A stretch of 64,000 nucleotides of DNA, taken from positions 124,001 through 188,000 of the forward strand of contig CDRNVI010000007.1 of the NCBI GenBank assembly GCA_977017575.1, given 5' to 3'. The notes beneath the pieces are model-generated. The model was not told the DNA's origin. It was given only the letters and a program-made list of their open reading frames with translations, and ran no database searches. Source of the stretch: Paramoeba atlantica. Lineage: Eukaryota > Protista > Discosea. The number at the start of each line of letters is the position of its first letter. Position 1 is the stretch's first letter. This document shows positions 9,953-20,574 of the stretch, one piece after another. The position numbers and the translations under genes were made by a program.

Positions 9953-11381
9953 CCACCCCCCTCCCCGTCCCCTCCTGCACAAACCCCCCGACGCGCCCTT
10001 ATTCCAGGAACGTTCCCGTCTCTCCACCCACCCCTCCGCGGCCCCAAGTCGGCTCACCCCGATCACCCCCGTCCGTGGTCGGCACCCCTCCCCCTCTTCG
10101 TCCTCGATGCGTAGCTCCCGCTCTTCTTCTTCATCGTCTTCCTCTTCCTCTTCCCCGCACACCACCGAGGAGGATGTCATTCACCATTTAGTAGAGCTAC
10201 TCGATCTCAACCTTAGCCGCATCCAGGAGCCCTACAGCCCCTGGGAGGCCCCCTCCGGGGTCCCCATGCGCATTGACGTGTTCGACCGCAGCAGCTGGTG
10301 GGACCTGGTCGCGGGGCGACGGAAGGTGTGTGTGCCGCGACCGGTGCTGCTGAAGATCCGTTTACAGAGACGCTCCGAGAATGGACACGTGACCTGGGCC
10401 GACCCGTTTGAGGAGCAGGGGGTGGAGGTGAACACGGGGAGGCTGCGACGGGAGTTGCACTGGTTCGCACGGAGCTGGAAGACGCGTGCGCAGGTGGTGC
10501 TGGGGGATTGGGTGACGGCGCTGGTCGCGGGGGCGGTACGGAAGTATATCCGGCATGCGTTTTTTACGGTTCACTCGGAGTGTTTGGCGTGTGATGTGCT
10601 GCAGCTGCAGTGGTTTCATCAGGATAGTGTGATTTTGATTAGTGACGTGGACGGGTCGCAGATTACGGATGTGGCGAAGTTCACCAATGGGCTGTTTCCC
10701 CAGCTGGATGGGATGGATACCACAGCGGATACCACCACTGTGAACAACTTCCTCCACATGTACGAGACCGTGATGGCCGGAGACGCGATCCGGGACTTTC
10801 GCTATCCTGCCTCCCGGGTACCACGTCCCGCGCTGGACTACGTCTATGCCTTTAACGCGCTGTTCTCTTCCTTCACCGCAGGGGATGTGCCGCGTCCGGC
10901 GTATGAGGACGACACCCCGGCGGCGTACCTCCCGTTTGAGCCCACCCTGCTGCCGATTCAAGTCGACCACCCGGGGGCTGTGGACGTGTTATGGTGTCCC
11001 AGTCGGCCGCACCCTACCCCATGCAAAGGTGCACTCCCACTGAGCTATGCGGTCTACAACGAGGAGTGCTTCGTGCTGGTAGACACCGGGAAGGCTGAGG
11101 GGCTGGGGATCCTCCGGCACCAGACCGGGGAGGTGTTCAGCGTGCGTGAGCGAGGTCGGTTTCTCCAGCGGTACGGGGAGGAGCCGTGCGCGCTCACGAT
11201 CACGGACCCCGCCAAGCAGGTCTACCACCTGTCGCTGGAGGAGGGTGCGATTCTGCATTGCCTCCCCGTCAGTGAGAGCCACACAACGGAGCCCTTCCAG
11301 GAGGTGGCTCAGGAATGGGTGTATAACAATGTGAAGTTTATGGACGGAGGTATGTGTGCAGTAGGCATACGGGGGGACTAA
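9693..11381 (+). CDS. Signal-peptide, Pro/Ser/Thr-rich protein with a HAD-like (LNS2/App1-type) phosphatase motif
   Basis: First ATG at 9693 gives MSSLLLPLLLLSSLLL. VILISDVDGS resembles the DxDx(T) HAD motif I. Family assignment is tentative. Confidence 0.55.
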
Positions 11382-11697
11382 GTGTATGTGTGTGTTAGGA
11401 TTCGAGACGATGTTATAGCTCGGCATTTATAGATTGGGAGCACTGTTTTGTTGTCACGTTCCATGTTAAAATACCAAAACACTAACTAGCTCCTTACAGC
11501 ATATATTTTTGTATTTAGTCGCTGAGCCGGATTATTCATTACGGAGTTTTGGCTCCCAGATGAGGTTTCATTTGTAGTGTTAGTTCTAGTAAAAAAGCTT
11601 CTGAAACTTTCAGTCAACAGTACTTATTCGTTTACACCATCTCAAAGGCTTTACACCTCTTCACTTTACTTTGTTTTACTTTGCTTTACTTGGGGTC

Positions 11698-12168
11698 ATG
11701 CCCTTAAACTATTTCCGTGGGATTAGGCTCTCCGGCGCGGCGTCAGAAGGAAGTGCTTCAGGTTCGCAGAACATTTCGAATTCCAATGCTTCGGCGGGAG
11801 ACCATCAAGGTTCCGATTTTTCACGAGGTTCTGACTTTGACCAACGTTCCGAACGCAATTCCCCTTTCAAAACGGGAGTTGATAGAAGTATGACTTCTGG
11901 TCTACTCACCCCAAGTGAGATAACATTTCTCTCTGATCAGTCTCGCCGCGGATTGCTGAAAGGACACAATCCAGTACGACGATATCTCAAGTTGAGAGCC
12001 GATAAGGAAAAACCGTCTGCGCACCCTTTCGCAGGTTCCACCTTTGAAAACAGTGCTCCACGACCCGAGGAGTTTTCGCCTCCGCCTGAATCGTGGATGG
12101 ACAGTTTTGATCGTGCTTCACCCGTTCCTATGCCTGGGGACGCTCGACGGCGGTCTGTATCGCACTAG
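11698..12168 (+). CDS. Hypothetical protein (Ser-rich)
   Basis: ORF on the cluster strand from ATG 11698; no recognised motif. Confidence 0.5.
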   Translation: MPLNYFRGIRLSGAASEGSASGSQNISNSNASAGDHQGSDFSRGSDFDQRSERNSPFKTGVDRSMTSGLLTPSEITFLSDQSRRGLLKGHNPVRRYLKLRADKEKPSAHPFAGSTFENSAPRPEEFSPPPESWMDSFDRASPVPMPGDARRRSVSH

Positions 12169-12331
12169 TACAATTTACAAAAAGTGGGGGTTTGTGTCCT
12201 CTGTAGTTCGTTTAGTGAGTTGGCTTAACACTTTTTTTGCTCTAATTGTATGAAAGCACCAATTATCAAATCACTGTCTTATTGAAGTGTTTAGTATATT
12301 TTATTCTTCACGCCTCTCGAGTCTTCACAAA

Positions 12332-13792
12332 ATGCCACTCGATATAAATCTCTTTCGCATTGAGAAAGGCGGCAATCCAAATCTCGTACGTGAAAGCCAA
12401 CGTCGCCGATGGAGCAATGTTAAACTGGTGGATGAGGTCATTGAGCTTGATACCCAATGGAGACACGCCCAGCACTCCCTCGAAGGCATGAACAAATCCG
12501 TTGGACTGTGCAGCAAGAAAATCGCAACCGAAATGAAAAAATCCAAGAACACAGCGCCCTCTCTTGAGTCCCTGACGCTCACAACCGAACCGATCGAGCT
12601 CCCCCACGAGCTCCTCGAGTCCTGTCGCACCGGGAAGCTCATGATGGACAGCCTTGACTCCTTGACGGTACCAAAACTCAAAGCCCTCTCCAAGCACATC
12701 TCGTCCCATCTCGTCCCACAGGAGATGGAGCGTGCGAAGACGCTTGAGGCGGCACGAGACCACGTACTCGCAGCCATCGGGAATATTGTCCACGAGTTTG
12801 CCCCGGTCCACGAGAGTGAGGAGCACAACGCTGTGCTGCGCACCCGCGGGGACTGTACCACACGTAAACCCCAGCACCATGTGGACCTCATGGAGGCGCT
12901 CGGGGTGATGGACTGCAGCGAGCGCGTCACCCGGATGTCCGGGGGCCGGGCCTACGTGCTCCACGGGGATCTGGTGCTCCTCCATGTCGCGTTGCTGCAT
13001 TACGGGATGAGTTTTCTGGCAAAACGGGGCTATATGCCGTTCTACCCGCCGGTTTTTATGACCAAGGAGTGTATGGGGGAGGTCGCCCAGTTGTCGGATT
13101 TTGACGAGCAGCTCTACAAAGTCACCGGGGAGGGGGAGGATAAATATCTGATTGCCACCTCCGAGCAACCGCTATGTGCGTACCACCGCAACCGGTGGTA
13201 CAATGAGGAGGACCTGCGGGTCCCGAAACGGTATGCGGGTTACTCCTCGTGTTACCGTAAAGAGGCCGGCAGTCACGGCCGCGACACCCTTGGTATCTTT
13301 CGTGTGCACCAGTTTGATAAAATCGAGCAGTTTGTGGTGTGTAGTCCCCGGGATGAAATCTCGTGGACCGTCCATGAGGAGATGATGAAATGTGCGGAGG
13401 AGTTTTACACGAGTCTTGGGATTCCCTACCGGGTGGTGGATATAGCCTCCGGCGCGCTGAACAACGCCGCTGCCCGGAAGTGGGATCTTGAGGCGTGGTT
13501 TCCTGGAAGTGGCAAGTTTCGTGAGCTTGTGAGTTGTTCAAACTGCACGGACTACCAGTCCCGTAGTATTGGGTGCCGGTATGGTCCCACCACCCGCGGG
13601 ACACTGGCCTCCGCGCTGAAGGAACATCCACACATGCTCAACTCGACGCTTTGTGCAATACCACGTACGATTTGTTGTCTTGTGGAGAATTATCAAACAG
13701 AGACTGGGGTGATGATACCAGAAGTGCTTCGTCCGTTCCTGCCCACTGTGAATGAAGAAATGAAATTCGTAACGAAAACGACGCAGGAATAG
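12332..13792 (+). CDS. SARS: Cytosolic seryl-tRNA synthetase
   Basis: MPLDINLFR..GGNP..VRESQRRR N-terminus; YLIATSEQP, YRKEAGSHGRDTLGIFRVHQF and ELVSCSNCTDYQSR class II motifs. Confidence 0.97.
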   Translation: MPLDINLFRIEKGGNPNLVRESQRRRWSNVKLVDEVIELDTQWRHAQHSLEGMNKSVGLCSKKIATEMKKSKNTAPSLESLTLTTEPIELPHELLESCRTGKLMMDSLDSLTVPKLKALSKHISSHLVPQEMERAKTLEAARDHVLAAIGNIVHEFAPVHESEEHNAVLRTRGDCTTRKPQHHVDLMEALGVMDCSERVTRMSGGRAYVLHGDLVLLHVALLHYGMSFLAKRGYMPFYPPVFMTKECMGEVAQLSDFDEQLYKVTGEGEDKYLIATSEQPLCAYHRNRWYNEEDLRVPKRYAGYSSCYRKEAGSHGRDTLGIFRVHQFDKIEQFVVCSPRDEISWTVHEEMMKCAEEFYTSLGIPYRVVDIASGALNNAAARKWDLEAWFPGSGKFRELVSCSNCTDYQSRSIGCRYGPTTRGTLASALKEHPHMLNSTLCAIPRTICCLVENYQTETGVMIPEVLRPFLPTVNEEMKFVTKTTQE

Positions 13793-14104
13793 ATGGTGCT
13801 TTACACTGCAATACTGGATCTAGAAGTTGCTGCAGATTCTAGATGCAGTCATGTTCGCAATTCAAAGATGTGAGTTGGGAATTCAGCTTGATACATTAAA
13901 TTAAAGAAATAATCATAGCTGTCGTTCGACGGTCGAAAGGTCGAAACATTTTGAGTGCTTGGGTGGTTTCTGAAAGAATTTTTTTTCAGCAGAATATATG
14001 TTTATAAAATGTTTAAAAAATGTATTTGCAATCAGTCTTCTACTTTTTAGTGTTAATTTACTTGTTTTTTCACAATACACACCTCTGTTCGAGGAAGGGG
14101 GCGC

Positions 14105-14680
14105 ATGATTCCTATCCGCGTACCTTCTCCCCCAGCTCTTTCATCAGATGCAATCGTGCCAACTTTAGCTGAAGCAAATTCTTCCGAATCTGTTTCATCT
14201 ACTACTCCTTCAGTTACTTCGGTTCGTGCCAAGAGAACCAATTTGGCGAAGAAGAATAGAACTGCCATGCAGCGAGATGCTTCCACGGAAGCAGCAGATG
14301 GTCCCACCCACAGCAGATTTGAAATTTCCGATAACGTTCCGTCAGGGAGTTATGTTCCTGTCTCAGTACGACGAGAGTGTACCGCGAGGCTCGAAGAGGA
14401 AATGTCGTCCTCTCCATCACAACAGGCAAGCTCTGTAAGGCAAGTAGTTCGAAAACAGCTTGTACAGGACCCAATGCGGTTTCCCCGTATTTCGACAAAA
14501 TTCTTTCGTGAGCGCTGCTTGGGAATGGATACCCCGACTGGTAGAACGAAAGATTTGGAGAAGAAAAACAAAGAGTGTCGTGAATACGCCGAGAAATATC
14601 CTCGGTCCCATCACGTGAATAGGCCAGCGGACTCACATAAAATGTCGCGACTGTCCGTCGTGGAGTCATTCGCTCCATAA
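14105..14680 (+). CDS. Hypothetical protein
   Basis: 191-aa ATG ORF on the cluster strand; no motif recognised. Confidence 0.5.
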   Translation: MIPIRVPSPPALSSDAIVPTLAEANSSESVSSTTPSVTSVRAKRTNLAKKNRTAMQRDASTEAADGPTHSRFEISDNVPSGSYVPVSVRRECTARLEEEMSSSPSQQASSVRQVVRKQLVQDPMRFPRISTKFFRERCLGMDTPTGRTKDLEKKNKECREYAEKYPRSHHVNRPADSHKMSRLSVVESFAP

Positions 14681-15242
14681 CAACCATTACTATCACCATA
14701 TCAATCACACTTGTTTAGTGCGCGAGGGACAGAGAATCGCAACCGAACCGGAACTTTTTTCACTGACCCCGAACGACAATTCAATGAGTGTAAATGTTTT
14801 TGTCCGTCGCTGCGTTCCCTGTTTTGTGGCAAAGACGAACTTGTCATGCAAAGCTGCATACGCTTTACTTCGTAACTATGAACAATTACGCCCCAAGGGA
14901 GCAAATACTGAAGAAATTCTCAATGCACTTGGCAACAATCACAGGATCATGCGTGATTGGGAGAAGGACTTGGCCAACGAAATATGGGAAAAAATGATTT
15001 CAAAAAGCGATATTATAATATTATTATTATAATACGAAAATGACCTTCCGTTTTAGAAGAAATAGAACGAAAATTAGAGAGGTTATTTCGAACCTTTCAT
15101 ACATTTCTAAAAAGTATACGTAGTCCTACATTCTATCTATCGAGACGTGCATTGTAATGATTAATTACATGCCGGATATACTAGTACGTTTTCGTTTTTT
15201 ACTTCCTCAGTTTTAATTATCAGTATCTATTTCCCTTGTTCA

Positions 15243-15434
15243 ATGCCTTCCAAACAAGGAGGAAAGCAGAAGCCCTTGAAACAACCCAAAAAACAAACGA
15301 ATGAAGTAGACGATGATGATGTGGCATTTCAGAAGAAAAAACAAGAGGAGGCAAAGAAAATTGCAGAGCTGGCTCAGAAGGTAAAGTCGAAGGGAGGTCC
15401 CCTTTCACAAGGAGGAATCAAAAAGAGTAAATAG
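15243..15434 (+). CDS. TMA7: Translation machinery-associated protein 7
   Basis: MPSKQGGKQKPLKQPKK...DDDDVAFQKKKQEEAK...KGGPLSQGGIKKS is the typical TMA7 pattern. Confidence 0.93.
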   Translation: MPSKQGGKQKPLKQPKKQTNEVDDDDVAFQKKKQEEAKKIAELAQKVKSKGGPLSQGGIKKSK

Positions 15435-15802
15435 CTTTGTACAATGCGCTATTACCCCACCAGACATATTGTGTGCCAGAGTATGATGAGCAATAGGTGT
15501 CATTTTGTCCTCTATAAAGGGTTGAGGTAGAATCTACGCCACCTATTCGTTTGATGTATAGTTTGATGTTCCATATCGTATGCTTTGATTTTTACATTGT
15601 TTATGTACGTACAACACCATTCATAGGTATAAGCGCATTCCACATAAATTTAATATCATTGCGCTATGTTATTTCATTGTTACCCCGTGAATTTATGCAC
15701 ACGAATGAGAAAAAGAGATAGGAATAGTATCAAACGCAGGATTTTTGGATTATTTCTGCTTTTTAAGCATTCGGATATTTCAGAGACTTAATTTTTTCGT
15801 AA

Positions 15803-16348
15803 ATGGGAAACTCATCGAGCTCGGCTACTGCGGATGAGCAAAACAAGGATATAGTCGTTACCACAAGAACACACTCATCTCCTCTAGATGTACGTAATGA
15901 TATTTCAATTCCTCGGCCTGATTTAACGCCGGACCGGAATAAGAGTCTAGCAACCTTAAGTGTTGGTCCTCAGATCGTTGCTCGGGAAGATCAAGCTGCG
16001 ATTAACAAAGTAATTCAGAACATGGAAGGGCTTGATATTGGTCAGAGGCGACGGCGAGAACTTTCTGAACAGTGGAAATTTTACCTTGGTAGTGAACCTT
16101 TTCAGCGTGGAATTGACGCTGGACTGGTTCTAGGAGGTTTCGCTGTCGTAGGGATGTGTTTTTGGCCAAAAAACCGTGTACCCCAGCGTCTCATTCCGGT
16201 TTGGTGTGCGGGATTTGCGATCGGAATGATTTCATACCCGCTTTACATCATGTATAATGAAATAAATAATGAGGCACGCATGATGCATAGAGAAAAAACG
16301 ATGTTTGCAAAACAGCGAGCGGAATACTTGGAAAAATTGAAATCATAA
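15803..16348 (+). CDS. Hypothetical two-TM membrane protein
   Basis: 181-aa ORF with two hydrophobic segments and an MGNSSS (possible myristoylation) start. Confidence 0.6.
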   Translation: MGNSSSSATADEQNKDIVVTTRTHSSPLDVRNDISIPRPDLTPDRNKSLATLSVGPQIVAREDQAAINKVIQNMEGLDIGQRRRRELSEQWKFYLGSEPFQRGIDAGLVLGGFAVVGMCFWPKNRVPQRLIPVWCAGFAIGMISYPLYIMYNEINNEARMMHREKTMFAKQRAEYLEKLKS

Positions 16349-16765
16349 CACTTATTGCGCTCTGACCCAGGATGTCTTTTTGGACTCCATTTCACCAAAC
16401 AGTGTGGTAGCAACTATAACTCACATCTCATTAAGGAGTAATAAGATTATAGGATTCTGGCACAAGGCAGTCTCCAGTCTTACGAAACATACCAAGCAGT
16501 GTATTATGTCAAGAAAGAGTCTTTTTAAATGTCTTTTTCCAGATTGCATACACTTCGTTTCGTCTAACCTATAGATTATGTAAGTCTTCTAATCCTATCT
16601 TATTAAGGTAGATACACGTAGATCATGTAGGCAGAGAAACATGTAGGACAGGTAGACCTTGCATTTTTTTGTATATTTCAAATATACGAACAAAATATAC
16701 AAACAATTCAAATATAACATTCGTACGTTTGTTGTAATTACATGGGTACCACTGTATAAGATATC

Positions 16766-17371
16766 ATGCCATACGAACACGTAGACCACACAGCAGACCT
16801 AATGTTGCACTGCTGGTCATATAATCTTGTCTCACTTTTGGAGGAATCAATACTATCCCTTTCCTCTGTGCTTCTGGGTGAATCCAGCGTACGTAACGTG
16901 ACTATTTCGGACACTCATAGTAACGATAAACCTCAAGGTTTAGAGTTTAAAAGTACCTCACTGATTAAAGACATATTTTCTTCCGCACCTGATGAAACAT
17001 CTATCTTGTACGATCTTCTTGAGCAATATTTGCACATATCCGCAACAAAAAGAGTAACCTGCTCCACTGTAAGAGTATTCCTTTTGGATAATATTATTGA
17101 TTTACCTAAAAATACAAACAAGTCCTTTACTGATTTAGTTCAATCTCCCACTGACATAAGTATCTCTCGACACAAATCGCAAATTCAGTGTGGCGCACGG
17201 TTATGGTGCATATCAAACAATGGAAATACTCCGGCTGGGGGCGAAGTCAAAGCGATAACAAAACACCGACTTGCTATATGGAAAGGCCCGAATACGTCCA
17301 TACTAAATCGTACTGAGTTGATCACACCTTTAGAATCCTCGTATCACGCAACATTTGTTCTTGATGTATAA
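16766..17371 (+). CDS. Archease (RtcB cofactor) family protein
   Basis: YEHVDHTADL N-terminus; GEVKAITKH and FVLDV C-terminus. Confidence 0.88.
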   Translation: MPYEHVDHTADLMLHCWSYNLVSLLEESILSLSSVLLGESSVRNVTISDTHSNDKPQGLEFKSTSLIKDIFSSAPDETSILYDLLEQYLHISATKRVTCSTVRVFLLDNIIDLPKNTNKSFTDLVQSPTDISISRHKSQIQCGARLWCISNNGNTPAGGEVKAITKHRLAIWKGPNTSILNRTELITPLESSYHATFVLDV

Positions 17372-17537
17372 ATTTCAACCAGTTGTGTGTTTCCTTTATA
17401 CGGCGTGTAATCCTTTATACGGCGAATCTTGTTCGTGTGTCCTTGTGTTTATATCGTATCTTCCTTCCGCCCGTATTTATTCCACAACGAATTGATATTT
17501 CGCACTCTTATTAAAAGTAACATTAAGGATTTATTTC

Positions 17538-19400
17538 ATGTCTGACGACGTAGAAACTCAAACGCCTGAGAAAAATCACGGCACCGAAGAAGCTGATGGG
17601 GATCGACGAAGCACACGCATACGGAGGGATGCAGTTTACTTTAGTCCGACGGCCGCGACACCAGTGCGCAAAGTGACGTATGAAGTCCCCGTAGACGGCA
17701 GTGGCGTACCTCTTAAAGATTTCCCTGAATGGAAGAAAATATTGCCTACAGATTGCACTCCTCTATACCGGATACTTGTTGGACGTCCCGGACTAAAGCA
17801 ATCGCGAAAAAGAGAATTAATGAGCTTCCGTGGCTTTCTGGGATCTAGTTCAACTAGAGGGATTACGGCTTCCCACTTAACTAAAGCGATTGAATCACAA
17901 ACTCGTAAGGAACTTAAACCTATTCTAAAGACTTTCAGAATTTTAGGGAAAACTGTAGCGGAGCAGAATCAACATTTGAGTGAGTTTTTGATGAGTCCTG
18001 TACTATCTCTTGATGCGCAAAAAAAGGAAAAGAGAACCGTGACAAAGAAGAAAAGGAAAACTCGGAAAACCAATAAAAAGCTAAAAACTGTTTCCCGAAT
18101 TAAAAGTGCCAAGGGACGATCTACGAAAACGCCCGCCAAGTCTGGCAAATCGGCCACAGCGAAGTCAAAGAAAAAGGATACATCTCAAAAAAAGAAAGAA
18201 CGTCCCACCAAACGAGGTAGAAGTGATAGCAAAAAGGAAGAGACACCACAGCCACCTGCCAAACGGCAACGCCAAGTTAAAGAAAAAAAGAATGTGGTAG
18301 TTGAAGAAGTTATACCGTCTAATAATGAAATTCAGAACTTTATAAGCACTATGATGCGTACTACCTCGGTTGAGGACGCCGAATCTCTTTCCCTAACGGC
18401 TGTCCGTTCTCGTATAGAGGCGCACTACAACCTTGCACAGGGCTCGCTCAAAGAGAAAGCCAATGAAATTCGTTCATTTATTGAACTTGCATTCGCAGAA
18501 CTGGAAAAAATAGAGCATGGCGCAAGCGATTCTGCAACAACCGCCGTGGCAATGCAAGAAATAGAAGAAGCAAGTCCTTTGAGTGAAACTCCGGCCGTAG
18601 AGCGAACTGTGGCGGAAGCCAGTGCTCCACCCGAGAAGATACCGGAGTCCACTTCAGAAGAAATTGCATCATCTACTGTTGACAACATTATCGTAGCGCA
18701 CCCACCCAGTACGCACTCCACTCCCATAAAGTCTCAAACAAAAGCGCCATCCGAACAGTCAACTCCGATTCGAGAGGCACCACTTACCCCCGAGCAAGCG
18801 CTCTCCGCACTGGCAACTCCCGCACGTGAAACGGCCACACCTGTGACAACTACTCCTTCACACCTCTCGAGTCCAGTGGTTCAGATCACTGCAGCTGTCA
18901 CCCCGGAAACCACAAGCCGCAGGGCTCAAAGCACGGAGGCACTCAGTTCGGTAAGTCCTGCGAAATCACCAGCTGCGTGTTCTCAACCGCTAGCCACTTC
19001 GGAGCCAACCGAAAGCGTTGTGGAAAACACGTCTGAGGTATTAGGCGTTCCATCTGAAGCTGGACAGGATATGCAGGAAGAAGAAGTACAGAGCCGCTCT
19101 GGAGGGATGGCAGATCCTCTCAAGGAAGGAAAGGATGCCCCTGAGAATGCAGCGGTTGTGGATGTAGCCGCGGTGAAGGTCAGTGTACCCGAGGTCAACG
19201 AGGAGAAAGCAATCCCACAAGAAGTAAGCACTCCCGTGGAGTTCACCCATGCTGTGACAGAAGAAACGACTCCTAACGAACCGTCTGATAGTGCAGATGA
19301 AGTCAATGTCTCAAAACCTCAGGTAGAGACGAGTACTCCAACAGATTCCTCCCCTGAGAAATATCTTCCGGAAATTTATAGTCCAGACGAGGAAAATTAG
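17538..19400 (+). CDS. DEK-like chromatin protein with a long acidic S/T/P-rich tail
   Basis: RRSTRIRR, LYRILVGRPG...KRELMSFRGF (DEK N/SAP-like), a basic linker and PSNNEIQNFI...LSLTAVRSRIEAHY (DEK_C-like). Confidence 0.7.
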   Translation: MSDDVETQTPEKNHGTEEADGDRRSTRIRRDAVYFSPTAATPVRKVTYEVPVDGSGVPLKDFPEWKKILPTDCTPLYRILVGRPGLKQSRKRELMSFRGFLGSSSTRGITASHLTKAIESQTRKELKPILKTFRILGKTVAEQNQHLSEFLMSPVLSLDAQKKEKRTVTKKKRKTRKTNKKLKTVSRIKSAKGRSTKTPAKSGKSATAKSKKKDTSQKKKERPTKRGRSDSKKEETPQPPAKRQRQVKEKKNVVVEEVIPSNNEIQNFISTMMRTTSVEDAESLSLTAVRSRIEAHYNLAQGSLKEKANEIRSFIELAFAELEKIEHGASDSATTAVAMQEIEEASPLSETPAVERTVAEASAPPEKIPESTSEEIASSTVDNIIVAHPPSTHSTPIKSQTKAPSEQSTPIREAPLTPEQALSALATPARETATPVTTTPSHLSSPVVQITAAVTPETTSRRAQSTEALSSVSPAKSPAACSQPLATSEPTESVVENTSEVLGVPSEAGQDMQEEEVQSRSGGMADPLKEGKDAPENAAVVDVAAVKVSVPEVNEEKAIPQEVSTPVEFTHAVTEETTPNEPSDSADEVNVSKPQVETSTPTDSSPEKYLPEIYSPDEEN

Positions 19401-20574
19401 TCATCAATCTATGGTAGAATACCTTTGGATTTGAGAATTTCCGACGTGCGGAATTGTGTCTATCAAAAATAATTTTAAGTATAAAGTTGTAGAAAGCGTG
19501 AGGATCACTGAGTATATCACAATACTTAGGTCTTTGTATACAAAAATGTGTTCAAAGTACTCTTTGAACACAGCTGTAGCTTCCTAAAGTAGTTTTTTTA
19601 GCCAATATCTCTTTTGAAGGCTTTGTGAAGAATAGAGTGTGTATTAAATTTTGTCTTCAAAAAAATAGTTTGTATGGCATTAAAAATTCGGTTTTACAGA
19701 ACGTTGTGTACACGCACTCCTCCTTTTTTAACTACTTTGCAACTCACTTCAATGCGCACTCAACAGTAAAATAATTCAGAATAGCATTTAACCTTGTGCT
19801 TCTATAGAGTAGGTTTTTAAATCCTACATGTGTATTCAAAAAAGTAGCGTTTTGCGGAGACATATTGTTTTGTATTTTTGTATCAATAAAAAAAATAACC
19901 TGTTGATCCATTCTTTTGATTTCCATCTCCTTACTAAAATTAATATACGGACAATAAATCATGACATATATTTCCCAAGGCCGCCTCTCGGATTCACGAC
20001 CTTGGTCGGTGGAAATCCATGATGGAACAGCGCTACTATTTTCTCTGGTAGCTCTTTTCCTTCAAACACTCTTCACCACTGCTCCGGTACGAGAGCACGT
20101 GGACAATTTTCGTCATCGAGGTCCCGGCGACAACTCAGATAACAGGGCCCCAAGAGGACCGCGTATTTCCTGCCTACCGAAACCCGCACAGTTTGGTGGT
20201 GCCGGAGGCTGAGGATAGGCGCAAGGTGAGACATCGTACTATTTCATTATTTCCGCAGTGCTCACCTTGCGCTTCGTTCTTGCCATCTTTGGCGAAATCT
20301 GTTTACTGTGAATCATCGGGTTGCATTTTTATGCTCGAAACTGTTAGCCAGCAGCCGCCCGATGAGGATACCTCTCTTTCCAGACCACCTCAATCTTTTT
20401 ATGTTTTTATCTGTTATGCATCCTCTAAATTATTCACATTTTTTTGCAGTATAATTAGTAAATCTTTTGCAGTTATTATTTAGCTAACTACTTTCTGTTT
20501 TTTATCTACCTTGGGACAGATTACCATACTACTTTTGACCACTGCGCTATAACATTTTTGTAATTATGAATTGA

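Noticed and set aside
9545-10970. Long overlapping and antisense ORFs in GC-rich stretches (also 12308-13631, 27804-28986, 45186-46070, 54280-55535)
   Set aside because: Shadows of real CDSs in low-complexity, stop-poor skew islands; no recognisable motifs
14718-15032. 104-aa ORF after the 14105 gene
   Set aside because: Non-ATG start and no motif; it cannot be distinguished from a UTR or a gene fragment
15480-15570. ATGATGA C-box with an inverted repeat (possible C/D snoRNA); similar GTGATGA at ~1944
   Set aside because: No properly placed CTGA D-box or terminal stem
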